A program made the translations under genes and the position numbers. From the human T2T-CHM13v2.0 reference genome, Homo sapiens, in assembly GCF_009914755.1 (NCBI RefSeq), contig NC_060926.1: a DNA stretch of 64,000 nt. The stretch is one strand, 5' to 3'. Position 1 is the first letter of the stretch. Every line of letters begins with the position of its first letter. Under the pieces are notes generated by a model. The model saw only the letters and a list, made by a program, of their open reading frames with translations. It was not told where the DNA came from and ran no database searches. Positions 46,738 through 60,939 of this stretch are shown piece by piece.

Positions 46738-46845
46738 CTCATTTCTCTCATCTACATCTTTGCATTTTTCAAGAAGAGCTTTCAGAGCAGGAATGTTTTC
46801 TTCCTCTACATAATTTATGACGCTCTGTGATATCAAAACTGACAT
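46738..46845 (-). CDS. KIDINS220: KIDINS220 exon 2, coding part (exon 46738-46881), MSVLISQSVINYVEEENIPALKALLEKCKDVDERNE
   Basis: Acceptor ttaacag| at 46881; ATG at 46845 with in-frame TAA six codons upstream; donor GAG|GTAAGA; recognised N-terminus. Confidence 0.96.
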
Positions 46846-47594
46846 TTTCACAGAAAGCTGCAATTAACTTTATTTGAATACCTGTTAAATTAGACAAAAT
46901 ACACATAATTTATAATTAGAAAAAATTAAGTTACTATTAAATACAATATCCTTCTTAACATTAACCTCATGCAAGGACACCTCCAGTGGCAGAAGTGAAG
47001 ATACGACTTCCCACGGCTTCCATAGCTCAGGTGTCAAAAAGCTGCCGTGATGTCTCTTAGGTTCACACTCACCTCCATCTTAACTTATCCAAACACCAAA
47101 CTCCACATCCATCCCCAAACCCTCCTCATCACCACTCCAAAATGCTCCCCTGCTCCTCCTGCTGTCACCATGCCAGTAAACGGCAGCTCCAGGTCCATTC
47201 TTCCAAGGCCAAAAGCATTGAAATTGTTCATGACTTACCTCTTCCTCTTACACCCTACACTCAATCTATTAGCAAATGCTTTTGGCTCTACCTGTAAAAT
47301 ACATTTCACATCTGACTACTACTCACCACTTCATCACTGCCACCCTGGACGAGCCACCGTGACTCAACTGCGTCACTATCATCGCTTCCTAACTGGCCTC
47401 CCTGCCTCCACTTTACCTGGAAGAGTGGATTTTAAATGGTCTCACTGCAAATAAATAATTAAGTATGGGAGGTGATGAATATGTTAATTAGCCTGATTTG
47501 ATCATTCCACAATGGATACATGTATCAAAACATCACATTGTACCCCTAAATATATATAATTTGTCAATTAAAATTACATTACTTTTTTTAAAAC

Positions 47595-47765
47595 TTTAAC
47601 ATATATCAGAATCACCTGAAGAGCTTTTAAAGCAGATTCCTGGGCCCCACCGTCAGAGATTCTGACTCAGCAGGTCTGAGTGGGGCCCCTGACTCTGCAT
47701 CTTTATCCAGCTCCCTGTGACACTGACAACACTGAGGAAGAACCACAATGTGAGCAGTACTAAGT
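47595..47765. mobile_element. MER5A-like hAT element
   Basis: atcagaatcacctg...gattcctgggcccc...cagagattctgactcagcaggtctg. Confidence 0.8.
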
Positions 47766-48499
47766 CAGAGCATGGCCTCTTTTATTCAAAGCCCTCTAAG
47801 GGCTTCTCGGGGTGCTCAAAGTAAAATCAAATGTTTTTACCTTGGCCAAGATAACTCTTCAGTGGCAAGCCTCTCACCTGTGTGACACCTGTGACTGTAG
47901 CTCCTACCACCCCCTCTCATCCTCCTGGCTGCATGGCCACACTGAGCACCGTCCCACCTCGCCAGGCCTCTGTGCTACTTTTCTGTCTGCCTAAAATTCT
48001 CTTCCACAGGACATGCACACGGCTTACCCCCTGACCCCGTCAGGTCACCTGGTTACAAAGTCTCACCAGATGTGGGATGTCAGGGTACCGACCCCACACA
48101 GGCTTCACTGTCACCCTGCACTCTCAACCCTTTGTCCTGCTTTCACTGCTCTCCACACCACTTGCCACCATCCAAAAAGTGACATATTGTTCACTTATTG
48201 TCTGTCTACCATAACTATAAGTTCTAAAAGAGTAGAAATTTTATTATATTCAACTGGACATCCAAATGCAAATAAATAAACCTCAATCCATACTTTGTAC
48301 CACATACAGGTGCTAACTCAAAATTGACCTAAATATAATGTCTGAAAGTACAAAACTTCTAGAAGAAAATATAGATGACTTCAGTGACCTTAGATTAAGA
48401 AAGATTTGATATAACACTAAAAGCATGGTGCATAAAAAAAGAAAACTGATAAACCAGAGTTCGTCAAAATTGAAAACTTTGGCTGTTATGAAAATGAAA

Positions 48500-48830
48500 T
48501 TATTTGGGACTGGTGAATCCTCTTTGCCTTCCTTTTCCTCCACCCTTGAACAGGACTGTCTATAACTGATATCCCATGCCCATTCCCTAACTCTAAGTTG
48601 GAGCAGATAACTTGATTCTTGCGTTTCCCAGGTGGAAAGGAATCATGCCTCTGGATGGACTACACCCAGACCCTCTCATACCTGATTTAGATGATGAGAT
48701 TTAAATGAGACTGTGGACTTTGGGTTGATGCTGAAATGAACTGAGACTTTTGGGGAGGCCTTGCGATGGAGTGAATATGTTTTGACACAGGAAGGAAATC
48801 TATCTCTGGGGGCCAGAGGGCAGAAACTAT
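48500..48830 (+). mobile_element. MaLR (MLT/MST) internal 3' fragment between L1 pieces
   Basis: Recalled MaLR-int motif gagactgtggactttgggttgatgctgaaatg...gagacttttgggg. Confidence 0.6.
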
Positions 48831-50173
48831 AGCACTATATGATTCTACTTATATAGCATTCTGGAAAAGGAAAACTGCAGGGGCAGAAAACAGATCGGGG
48901 CTGCCAGGGTCTAAGGCAGGGGAATGAGATGGCTACAAAAGAGTACAAGAGAATTTGGCGAGTTAATGGCTGTTCTATATCTTGACTGTTGTGGCAGTTA
49001 CACAATCATTCGTTTGTCAAAATTCAGAACTGTCCATTAAAAAGGGTGAATGTTATTACATGTAAAGTATAAATCAGTATACCTTACTTTTAGGGAGTAT
49101 ATATTCAGAACAACTTGAATTTATACTCTTGGGGTGAAAAACTATTATTTTAAAAAATGATGTTATTTGATCCCATAGTTGCACTTCTAGGAATTATTCT
49201 AAAAACATGAGAAACATGAACAAAATTTTAAGATTTTAAGTAAAACAATTTTATCCATAAGAACAAAAATCTTAGAAATGGATATTATATAAATTATAAA
49301 AATTCACAAAGTAGGATAATATACAGTCATCAAAATGTCTCAAAAAATGTGTTACAGAAAAATGCTCATGATAGAAGAAGTGAGGTAAAAGATTAAGAGC
49401 TATATATACAGCATCTCAGCTATTTTAAATGTATACATTTTTAAATACTGGAAATAAAAAAAGAACAAATGGTGATGGGCATTAGTGTAATTTTTATTTT
49501 CTTTAAAACCTTTATCTCCTACATGTTCTGGAATGTGATGCTTCTATCATTAGAAAGCAGTGAGGGTTTGTATTAGCAGTCATCACCAACACCTACCTTC
49601 ATTTATTCCCACTCCTTCTAGGATCAAGCCTAAGGCCTCAGTGAGGTTTGCAGGATCTGGCTCTCCCTCTATACCAGCCCCAGCTCACCCCACAGCCCAG
49701 CCAAGCAGAAGAACTCAAATTCACCACACTCCCCCAGTGCTGCTCCACACTCCCGCCTATGCTCAATGTGCTCCTTCCATGTAGAACACCATCCTCATCT
49801 CTACTCTACCAAGGCACCCATCTCCCTCTGAGTCACACAGCTACCATTTTTCATCCAGTTTACCCCCTAAAGTGTGAGATCACCCAACCCCACACTCAGT
49901 GCCTTAGTTTAGACCTTCACCATCTATACTAATCAAGACCCCTAAGGTTGCAAGAGACTAATTTAAACTAGCTTAAGCAAAACAGAAAAATGTATTTGAA
50001 GGATAATGGTTTATTTCCCATAACCACACTACAGGAAGAGTGGGTGCCACTGGACCTCAAATGCCAGGAGGATTCTCTTTCTCTACTGGCTTAATCTACT
50101 TTCATTCTAGACCAACTACTTCTACACAAAGGGAAATATGGCTTCCCACAGCCATCCAGCCTCAAATCAGATC

Positions 50174-50470
50174 GTTTATTTATTTTTTGAGACAGGGTCT
50201 CACTCTGTCACTCAGACTGGAGTGCAGTAGCACGATCATGGCTCACTGCAGCCTTGACCTCTAGGGCTCAAGCGATCCTCCCACCTCAGCCTCCTGAGTA
50301 GTTGGGACTACAGGTGCACACCACCATGCCCAGCTAATTTTTCTATTTTTTGTAGAAATGAAGTTTCACCATGTTGCCCAGGCTGGTCTCAAACTCCTGG
50401 GCTCAAGTGATGCGCCTGCCTCTGCCTCCCAAAGTGTTGGGATTACAGGTGTGAGCCACCGCACCTGGCC
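50174..50470 (-). mobile_element. Alu (J-like)
   Basis: Reverse Alu, TSD aaatcagat. Confidence 0.95.
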
Positions 50471-51479
50471 TAAATCAGATAGTCTCTAACACCAGAGAAA
50501 GCAGGCTATTCTTTGTTCCCAGATCCAACAGTCCCAGAAAAGGGCTCTGACTGCCCAGGCTGGATCTGTTGCACACCCAGAACCAAGCAACTAGAGACAC
50601 AAAGTTGGGAGGGGGTTACAAGGTCACACCATATTGGCACTGTTTCCAGAAAAGAGTAAACAGTTGTGATCTAGGCATCAATCCTAAAAACTTCTACTAC
50701 ACCATCTCTCACCCAGATCAATGTGACAGGCTAGCAACTTTTGCCTCCTCTCTCCAGGCCTGCCACCTGCAATCCATTTGCCACACTGAAGCAAGAGTGA
50801 CCTACAATACATCTCTCCTAAAACCAAGGTTGGGAGGACAGATGACAGCTTTACTACTTACAAGTTATTCAAGGAACTTACGCCTTCTAAGGCTTTTAAA
50901 GCCATTGTAAAGATGCAAATACACAATTCCTACGGAAAGCTTTGCTCTCCACTGAGCAGAGTGAAAACTCAGTAAGTTCAATTCTTGATTATGATGAGGG
51001 CATGCAGATTCTTCACAATCTGGCCCCATCTTACCATTCCAGCCTTATCTTTCTCCCCTCCTCAGCCCCATCCCTCCCACCCTCTACATAGTCACATCTA
51101 CACCTCCAGCTCCAGCCAGACTGATCTACTTGCAGCTCCTTCACTGCCCCACACTTTGTTCTTTCCAGACCTTTGCACTTAATGCCCCCTCTGCTTAGAA
51201 AGTCCATTCTCCACGCATATATGCCTGAACAGCTCCTACCCATCCTTAAGAACATGGCTCTAACAGATCTTCTGGAAGCCTTCATTGACTGGCTGCTTAC
51301 CCCAAGCTGGGCCAGGCCCTGGGCTCCTCCACACCTGTGTATACATCTAGTTGTAGACTGCTCACATCACACTCAACTCTCCTCTCCATTTTACTCACTC
51401 TCTCCACATCTCCCTTAGACTAGAAGTTCTTGCAGCAGGATCTGCTTTATATCTAGCACAATGCCTACACAACAGGAGG

Positions 51480-52045
51480 TGAGAGAGAAAAGCAGCCCCT
51501 GACTGTCGGGAACTGACCCGGCACACACAGCCAGACTTGGTGTTCTAACATAAATGCAACAATTTCAAAGAATGCCAACATCAAACAAGGTCACTCTGTC
51601 ACCAGGATATGAAGACAAAAATAAGACTACTCTGGAATCATATCTGAACATAGACAAAAACATGAACATCACCCAAACCACAAAATGCCCAAACATCTTC
51701 CTATCGTGGCTAATATGAAGCATTGCTGCTTCTTTATCAATTACAGCTTTAGCCTTACTCCATACCTCTTGCCTTTTCGTTAAGATTTTAAATATCCAAT
51801 TGCAGAATTCCCACTCCTCCTTATTCCTGAAGCACCCGAGACTGAGCAAAGCTTTGCTTCCTTGAACTCTTCCCCGAATCACCTAACATCATCTCGAATC
51901 TTCTAAGTCCTTTCTAACAACCTGTTACAGAGACCCCCAACGTTCCCTAGGACAGGCATTCTCCTTCATTGCAGGGAGTTAATAAGACCAACTTTGTTCA
52001 ACTAGAGGTATGTTCCTGGCAGTCTTTGACTAGAGGGCACTGACA
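51480..52045 (+). mobile_element. Solo ERV1 LTR (MER89-like)
   Basis: TG...CA ends; resembles recalled MER89 consensus; interrupts an L2 3' end. Confidence 0.7.
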
Positions 52046-52634
52046 GTGTTTAATAAATTTCACTGAATAATTGATTATTAAATGTCATAAGATGTTTGTA
52101 AGCACATATATAAGTGCCTAGAAATTACAAAATAAAATTAGAACATTAAATCCACATCTGTTGATACACACAATAGTAAAACCAATGACACGCTGTCATG
52201 TTTAAGAGCACGTGTGTAGTATAATTCTACTTGATAAAATAAATAAGACCCCCATATATGTATCTATCCAGTGTGTACACATGAACAAAAAGAAAAGTGT
52301 GGAAGGACACACACCTGGCTGTAAAATTCGTTATCTTACCATGTAGGACTAAAAGGAGGAGATGATTAGCTTTGCCTTCACGCGTCTTTGTGCTATATTG
52401 TTTTACTTGATGTATTAAGTCTACGTTCATTTTCAATAGAAAAAAAAATGTTTCATCACAGGAGGAAAACTACAGCTTCTCATCTTTCACATTTCAGTTC
52501 AACGTTCACTTCCAAAAGCCCTTTCGGCTTAAAACGAAGCTGTCTAGTGGTCAAAAGTATGGACCCTAGAGCCAGACTACCTTGGTTTGACTCCTGACTT
52601 TACTACTGACCATTATATCATCCCAGGCTAGTTT

Positions 52635-52965
52635 CTTTTTTTTTTCCTTAATTTTTTTAACTAATACATAATAATTGTACATGTTTATGGGGTATGTGTA
52701 ATATTTGGATTACATGCATAGGATGTGTGATGATCAAATCAGAGTATTTAGGATATCCATCACCTCAAACTTTTCTCATTTCTTGGTGCTGGGAACATCT
52801 CAAATCTTATCTTCTAGCTACTTTAAAATATACCATAAAAAATAAAATACACAATAAACTGTTAAGCATAGTACCATGCTGCTGAACACTACAGCTTACT
52901 CCTTCTACCTAACTGTATGTCTGTACTTATTAACCAGCCTCTCTTTATCACTCCCTGTCCCCTGG
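52635..52965 (-). mobile_element. L1MA-type 3' end inserted in a MIR
   Basis: Poly-T plus reverse L1 3' UTR, TSD tagtttctt. Confidence 0.8.
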
Positions 52966-54559
52966 GGTAGTTTCTTCACCTCAGTGTCTGAGTTTCCCCA
53001 TCTTCAAATAACTGCACAATTACATGCAATGGGATTAAAATAATACCTAACCCATATGAAGCCAATAAATATTAGCTGTTTTACATAATAACAGAATATG
53101 ATCATTTCTTAACCACCCTTTCTTGGTTGATTCTCATAACCTGGATTGTTCTCTATTATGGAATCTTTTTTATTCCTTCATAACACTTTACTAAACTTGT
53201 AATTTACATATTTATGTTTTTTAAATTTGTCTTTTTTTTTTTTTTTTTTAGCTACACCTGCTGGAATGGGACATATTTACCTGATTAATAGCTGTCTCTC
53301 CCACTAGGATATAAGCTTTTAAAAGGAATGAATTATTTTCTTTCGTTCTATACCAAATACCCAACACTTAGCTTAATAGCTGGCCCATACAAGACACTAT
53401 ATTTCTTGAATAAATGGACATCAGTTGAATCTAATGTCCACAGCACTTTCTCTCTAATGGGAATATAAGGCTATACATTCTTTTGCACAATTAGCAAAAA
53501 AATTAATGTCTTGCCACCCGTTTTGAAAATGGCAGATGTAGCCAACAGCAATGTCAGAACAAAAAATTTATGTTGTAGTAAGTCCATTTTTAGAACTTGC
53601 CAATTTAATAGGCAAAATCTCTAAATGTATTCAAAATGCTTTCACCAAAAGGCCAATCGGTTAATAGACGCACCCTATAACTTTTCTCCGGTTACAGACA
53701 CAGTGCATGAAAGCAACAATAGTGCCATGCTGCCCAAGGCTTACTTATTTCTTATCCTCCAGATACGACACAGTAAGTTCCTGAATGTGGCCCCTCCCAT
53801 GGTTCTCTATCTCCAGCCCCTCTTCTCCTCCTCCCACTTAAGTCTCCAGCAACAATCACCCCTGTGCAGTCCCCAGAGCCTACCCTGGTGCTGACATTCC
53901 TGGGCCTGGGTGGCAGCGCTTGCCCCCTCCACACAGAGGCCTAAGTGGTCCTCCTGAATCGTGTCTTCTTACAACCATTCTGTGCTCAAAACATCCCAAC
54001 GGTTGTCCTCTCACTCAAAATCCCAGATCCCTACCAGGGCCAAGGCCTTGCTTGATCTATTCCACCCCTTCTCCACCTCCCTAAGCTCAACTCTTGCTGC
54101 TCCTTCTCCTTGACTCTACTCAGGCCACAGTGACTTTCTGTACATACGTCACCTGATCAGAGCTTCTCTGACCACCGTGTATAAATGGTGTATACCATTT
54201 ATACGTGTATAAAACAGCCCTCTCCCCCTCTACTATATCCCCCTTCCACAGCCCTACTTTAAAGGTCTTCTTTATAACACCTAGCATCACTCCACATACC
54301 ACATACTTTGTTTTTGGTCTGCTTCCCCTGGCCAAACAAATGTAGCTCAATGAGAATAAAGACTATCTGTTTTGTTTACTGCTGAATCTCCAGCACTTAA
54401 GAGAAGTGCCTGGTACACCACAGAACCCAGTATCGGTAGAATGAATGGACATGCCCAAGCTGATCCAACCACCTGTAATGCCTGACCCAACTTTAACATT
54501 CTTAACAAGCCAAAACACACCCTTCAAAACCCCCCTCGCGGGTCACCTATAAACTAACT

Positions 54560-54900
<341 letters not shown>

Positions 54901-55335
54901 TTGAACTAATTTATTAAGGGCTGTCTCTCTCCTTCATTCTTACATCCCCAGAACCTATTACAGATCTAGAACAGGTAGAAACTTAATAGATAACCATCAA
55001 ATTAAATAACTGCATAGGTATGCTAAAGATACCTCTTCTGAAGGACTTTGCCCACCCACAGCCCCTGCTACCCTCAACAGCCATGTTCTCTAGCATCAGC
55101 CATTCCCAGGGATGGGCATATGATCTGTGGCATGAAACTGTTGAAAAAGATAAGCTGGGCCAATCAGACTTCTCTCTCTAGAACTGGGAATTAGAAACCA
55201 GAGACTGGGCCAATCAATATGGGTCACACATAAAATGATACAGTTCTGAGACAGCCAATCAGCAAAGAGAGAATACAACAGATATGAACAGAAAAGAGAC
55301 TCCTCCTAAGTAAGAGAACAAATGTGGCCCCTAAG

Positions 55336-55433
55336 AGGAGGTCAGGGCTGCAATGAGCCAAGATCACACCACCTGCACTCCAGCCTGGGCAACAGAGCCA
55401 GACCCTGTCTCAAAAAAAAAAAAAAAAAAAAAA
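55336..55433 (+). mobile_element. Alu 3' fragment with A22 tail
   Basis: Right-arm end plus poly-A. Confidence 0.85.
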
Positions 55434-56169
55434 GTTGCCCCAGGGAGATGTAGAAAATGGAGGTACCTGGGATCCTGACTTCTTTCTGACTCTCATTCAA
55501 TCCTATTATCTCCTTTTCCTTGAAGTAAAAGGTTTAAGTTTCTACTGTCTTCTAAACAGCCCTGACAAATACAGTAGCACATAAAATGGAGAAACTGACC
55601 GTTCTTGAGCAAAAGCAGGAAGAAGGGGATGGCACATTCATACATGATCCTATAAAAATTAATCTGGCAGTGTATGTGACCCAGACTGGAAAAATACAAA
55701 GAATCAGGGCCCTAGATACCAGTCAAGGAATCACCAGACAGTACACAAGAGAGGCAGTGGGAATAGAGAAGAAATGAGGGATATTAACTTGAAAAATATA
55801 AAATCCCTGACATTTGAACTTTCTGAACTACCAAAATATCCAGAAGAGATATTCTGGATATAAAGATAAAACTATGTGACTGGTTGGAAAAGAAAACAGG
55901 TGGAAGATGACCAGATGCCCAGCATAGGTGACTGAAGAATGGAGCTGCCCTTAACCAAAAAAAAAAAAGCAGGAGAAAGAGCAGACTTTTCTCTACTTAA
56001 GTTATGCCTCCTCCCTTCCACCACCCCAGCTGGGCGAATGGGGCTTTGGCCAGGCTGAATTTGAAGTGTCCCAAAAGAACTAGGTTGGAGAAACCCACCC
56101 AATACTTGGAAAAAGATACCGTTCACACTGTGTGTGAATGATCTGGAAATTATTCACACAAAGGGTGTA

Positions 56170-56330
56170 GAACAAGGATTCTCAAACTTGTGTGCACCAA
56201 AATTATTTGGGAAGCTTGTCAAATACACATATCCCTTGAGCTCCTCCCCGGGAGAATCCCATTCCCTAGATCTGGGGTGGTGCCCAGAAACTGACATTTT
56301 AACAAGCACCCCAAAATGATTCTGATGAAA
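56170..56330. mobile_element. MER5-like hAT element
   Basis: ttctcaaactt...acattttaacaagcaccccaaaatgattctgatg. Confidence 0.75.
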
Positions 56331-56949
56331 GTAGTCCATGCTAGTAAAGCTAGAAGAGAACAAAGAACACACCTGGCCACGGCATTTCCCAACCTGGGCT
56401 CTGCACTCAATACCCCACGGTGGTTTAAAAAGGTGTAGATGTCTGGTCCTCAGTGTTGTCAAAATGTGGACAGGAACGAACCTGAAGGGGTGATTCCCGA
56501 GCCACACCTCAGGCCGAAGGAATGGGAATCTCTAAAACGCTAAGAAATCTACATTTTTAACAAGCGCCCATAGGGAGCAGAGATGGCTGCATAGTTATTC
56601 ATAAAAAAATTTTTCATCGGTTTAAACCTGTCAACTTGAAAGAATAAAAATTCCAACATTACAAAGTGATGAAGAAATTATTTCCCTATAAATAAATCTT
56701 GGAGGCGTGGAAATCAATGGCTTGCACTATTTTGCCAGGCGTTTAAAAGCCTGCACAGGACAATGGAGCAATGGAGCCCACGATAAAAGCAAGGGAGAAA
56801 ACAACACCTCCCGGCCCGTGGAAGCCTAGGAGGAGGAACCTAGAAAGACTAGCGGTACCAGCTAAGGGGGCTCTCAAGGTGGTGGATGTGCCAGAGGCTG
56901 CTTGGCAAAAGAAAAAAAACGGTTTTACCAACACCCTTCACCCCAACCC

Positions 56950-57500
56950 ACCCGAGGGGCCCCTCAGGAGACAGACCACCAGAGACTCCAAGGTCGGAGA
57001 CCTTCCCGGCGCTCCAGGAAACGCGGACTCGCCCCGAAAGCCGGGGCCCGAGCGTCCGGGGCCCGCGCCATGCCCTCCCCGGGACCCCCGGTCCGAGCTC
57101 GCCCCTTCCGCGCACTCCTCGGCTGTCCCACCTCCCCGCCCGACTCCCCGAGCCCGGCCTCGCCCCCGACTCCTCCCCAATCCCGCGGCAAAGCTTCGCG
57201 GACCGGCCTCCACACTGACGGTCTCCCAACCTGGTCCTCAGCTCCGGCGGAACGGGCCCGCTCGGCTGCAGGCGATGTCAGAGGACGGGGAAGCAAGAGA
57301 CGGCGACTGCAAGCGCGTCGCCCTCACCACACCCGGCGGCCATATTCTTCCCTCTCCGCGAACTGACAGATCACGTGCCCTGGGTAGGGGAGGGACTCCG
57401 GGTTGCCACGCCCCCTGGGCGTGGAGGGGAGGGGCGGGGCGGGGCGTAGAGCAGGCGGGGCTGGAGGGGCCGCGGGGCGGGGACACCCAGGACAAGCGCC
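56950..57500. promoter_or_regulatory. CpG island / TATA-less promoter of KIDINS220
   Basis: Very GC- and CpG-rich against a CpG-poor background. Tandem GC boxes GGGGCGGGGCGGGGC at 57431-57445, E-box TCACGTG at 57371-57377, YY1-like AATATGGCCGCC (minus strand) at 57335-57346. Confidence 0.9.
57231..57350 (-). other. KIDINS220: KIDINS220 exon 1 (5' UTR); TSS approximate
   Basis: Inside the CpG island. Ends in donor GACCAG|GTTGGG at 57231/57230, and the junction with exon 2 matches the KIDINS220 5' UTR as I recall it. The 5' end cannot be fixed from sequence. Confidence 0.8.
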
Positions 57501-57925
57501 CCAGGCAAGGTTTTTCAGTGTCAATGTCACTCTTATTACAGTTAATTTATTATCCCTATTTTCCATTATAATCAAGCTTATTCAGAGAAATAAACATCAA
57601 TTATATCTTCAGAAGAAACTGCACATACATAAGAAATGAAAGCCCGCTCAGCAGCCTTCTTCCGGATCCAGGAGCGAGACCTCTGCCTTTCGCGGGGCCT
57701 GTAGTTCACACTCCTTCCAGGTCTCCCAGCACCTCCCCTCACCTCCTTCAGCCTCCACATTCCTAGGCCTTGCTGCCAACAAGCGTCAATCTTGATTTTT
57801 GAAAAGGTCCAAGGATGATTACGACGTGCGTAGGTTGCGAACCATCGAAAAGCACCCACCAATGTGTCAACCTGGCAACTCAGGAAAAAGCCAATAAGGA
57901 GCCTGACTTCATCAGAAGTTGGTGC

Positions 57926-58260
57926 GGGGTGGGGACAATGGCTCACTCCTGTAATCCCAGCATTTTGGGAGGCCAAGACGGAGGATCACTTGAGCTCAGG
58001 AGTTTGAAACCAGCCTGGGCAACATGGAGAGACCTCTTCTCTACAAAAAAAAAAAAAAAAAAAAAAAATACAAAAATACAAAACTTAGCCAGGCGTGGTG
58101 TTGCACACCTGTAGTCCCAGCCACTTAGGAGACAGAGGTGAGAGGATCACTTGAGCCCAGGAGTTCGAGGCTGCAGTGAGCTGAGATCACACCACTGCAC
58201 TTCAGCCAGGGCAACAGGGCAAGATCCTATCTCCAAACAAACAAACAAACAAACAAAAAC
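57926..58260 (+). mobile_element. Alu (J-like) in the left arm of the inverted duplication
   Basis: Dimeric Alu, (CAAA)n tail, TSD gaagttggtg. Confidence 0.94.
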
Positions 58261-58419
58261 GGAAGTTGGTGTGCCCCTCATGAAACAAGGAGCGAACACC
58301 CCAACGTGTACAGTGGAGTCCTAAATGGTGTGATTTCTTCGATAATGACTTGCTAAGGCCAGCCACTGTTGTAAACAGGGCAGGGTGGGTCAGGCGTTGG
58401 GGGTTAGAAGTATGGTAGG

Positions 58420-58795
58420 TGTATTAGCCCGTTTTCACACTGCTATAAAGAACCACCTGAGACAGGGTAATTTATAAAGAAAAGAGGTTTAATTGACTCA
58501 CAGTTCTGCATGGCTGGAGAAGCCTCAGGAAACTTAAAATCATGGCGGAAAGGGAAGCAAACACGTCCTTCGTCACATGGCTGCAGGAAGAGAGGTGCCC
58601 AGCAAAAGGGTCAAAAGCCCCTTTTACATCCAACAGATCTCGTGAGAATTCACTCACTATCACGAGAACAGCACGGGGGAAACCGCTGACGTGATCCAAT
58701 CACCCCCGACCAAGTCCCTCCCTTGACACGTGGGGATTATGGGGAATACAATTCGAGATGAGATTTGGGTGGGGTCACAGAGCCAAACCATATCA
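58420..58795 (-). mobile_element. THE1D-like MaLR solo LTR
   Basis: 376 bp, TG...CA ends, perfect 5-bp TSD gtagg (58415-58419 and 58796-58800). Confidence 0.9.
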
Positions 58796-59319
58796 GTAGG
58801 ATATAAGGATGAAGCCAACCTTAGAGTAGGGGAGAAGACAAGGAAACAGGTTAAATGTGCGTTATTTAGCACAGCCTTTCTGAGTCCTGACCATGTCCTA
58901 GGCACAGTGCAGTAAGGAGGTAAGCACAGAGGATGGAGTTACCAACTCTGCTTGGGGTCCACTAGGAAGGTTCACAAAAGAAGGGACCCCCCCCCCCCCC
59001 GCACCTCCAGCTGTATCTGAAGTATAGTTTGTCCATCACATCAGTTGGATGGGGCTAGGAAGAATGTCCAGGTCGGGGAACAACACTTTGGAAAAGAATA
59101 GAGATGAGAAGGAGGGTGGCCCAAAGTTCCAGGAACTGTCAATATTTGCCAGCCTTGGGGCTGGGGTGGCAGCATGGGAGGGGGCAGTAGATGGAGCAGG
59201 GGTCAGCCTCTGAAGGGCCTTGAGTGTTAAGTACCATTTGGGAATTTGTTCTAGGGAAATAGAAGGCCACTGAAGGGATTAGAAGAGTATCAAATTTGTC
59301 CTATGGAAATAGAAGGCTG

Positions 59320-59930
<611 letters not shown>

Positions 59931-60939
59931 CCCTCCTGGAAATATTTCTTCTCCTGGGCTTCTATCCCATTCTTCTGGCAGCTCCTTCTCAGATTCCACC
60001 TCCCATGAATTGTTGGGGTTGCAGAGTTCTGTCCCCACTGGACTCACCCATACCCCTCCCACCCACCCTTGCTCCTGCGTCACTAGTTTCAGAGCCCTGG
60101 CTCCAACCCTAACCACCAAAACCGGAAGTTGGAAGTCATCTTCCCCCTGATTAAATGGTCAGTTAATCAGCCCATCACCTGACTGTAGCCACTTTCATCC
60201 CAGTGATCTGTTTAAAGGCCTCAGAGCTCCCAACCGGGACTATCCGAATACCCCCAGCAACTCTCCCTGCTAACCCAGTAGCCCTGCTAACCATTTCTCC
60301 ACAAGCTTGCCAGCTAATGCCACTTCTTTCATTAAACTCTTCAGTGGCCTTCTGTTTCCCCAGAACAAATTCCCAAATGGTACTTAACACTCGAGGCTCT
60401 TCAGAGGCTGGCCCTGCTCTGTTTCCTGCCCCCTCCCACGCTGCTACTCCCACCCCAAGGCTGGTAAATATTGACAGTTCCTGGAACTTTGAGCCGTGCT
60501 CCTTCTCATCTCCATTCTTTTCCAAAGTGATGTTCTCCAACCTGGACATTCTTCCTAGCCTCATCCAACCGAATGTGATGGGCAAATTCTATTTAAGATA
60601 CAGCAGAGGGGGTCACCTCTTTTGTGAACCTTCCTAGTGGACCCCCACAGAGTTGGCCATTTCATTCTCCGTGCTTATCTTCGTACTGCACAGTGCCTGG
60701 GACAGTGTCAGGACTCAGAAAGGCTGTGTTAAAGAAGGCACATTTAATGTCTGTCCTTGTTCTCTCCCCCACTCTAAGGTCGACTTCATCCTTATATCCC
60801 ACCATACCTCCGACACCCCCTCCTCCACCCCGCCCTGTTTACAAGAGTGGCTGCCCTTAGCAAAGCCATTACCAAAGAAATCACACCATTTAGGTCTTCA
60901 TTGTATGTGTGGGGGTATTCTCTCCTTGTTTCATGAGGG

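Noticed and set aside
46869-46874. AATAAA in the 5' UTR part of exon 2
   Set aside because: The hexamer is common in AT-rich DNA and a strong donor follows closely; no evidence of use.
56771-57571. 266-aa plus-strand ORF antisense to exon 1
   Set aside because: Pro/Arg/Gly-rich with no recognisable domain. Long overlapping ORFs occur in several frames here because GC-rich CpG islands are poor in stop codons.
60175-60637. 136-aa and 144-aa ORFs on opposite strands in the right arm
   Set aside because: The homologous left arm has no matching long ORF in the track, so coding is not conserved; the sequence appears L2-derived.
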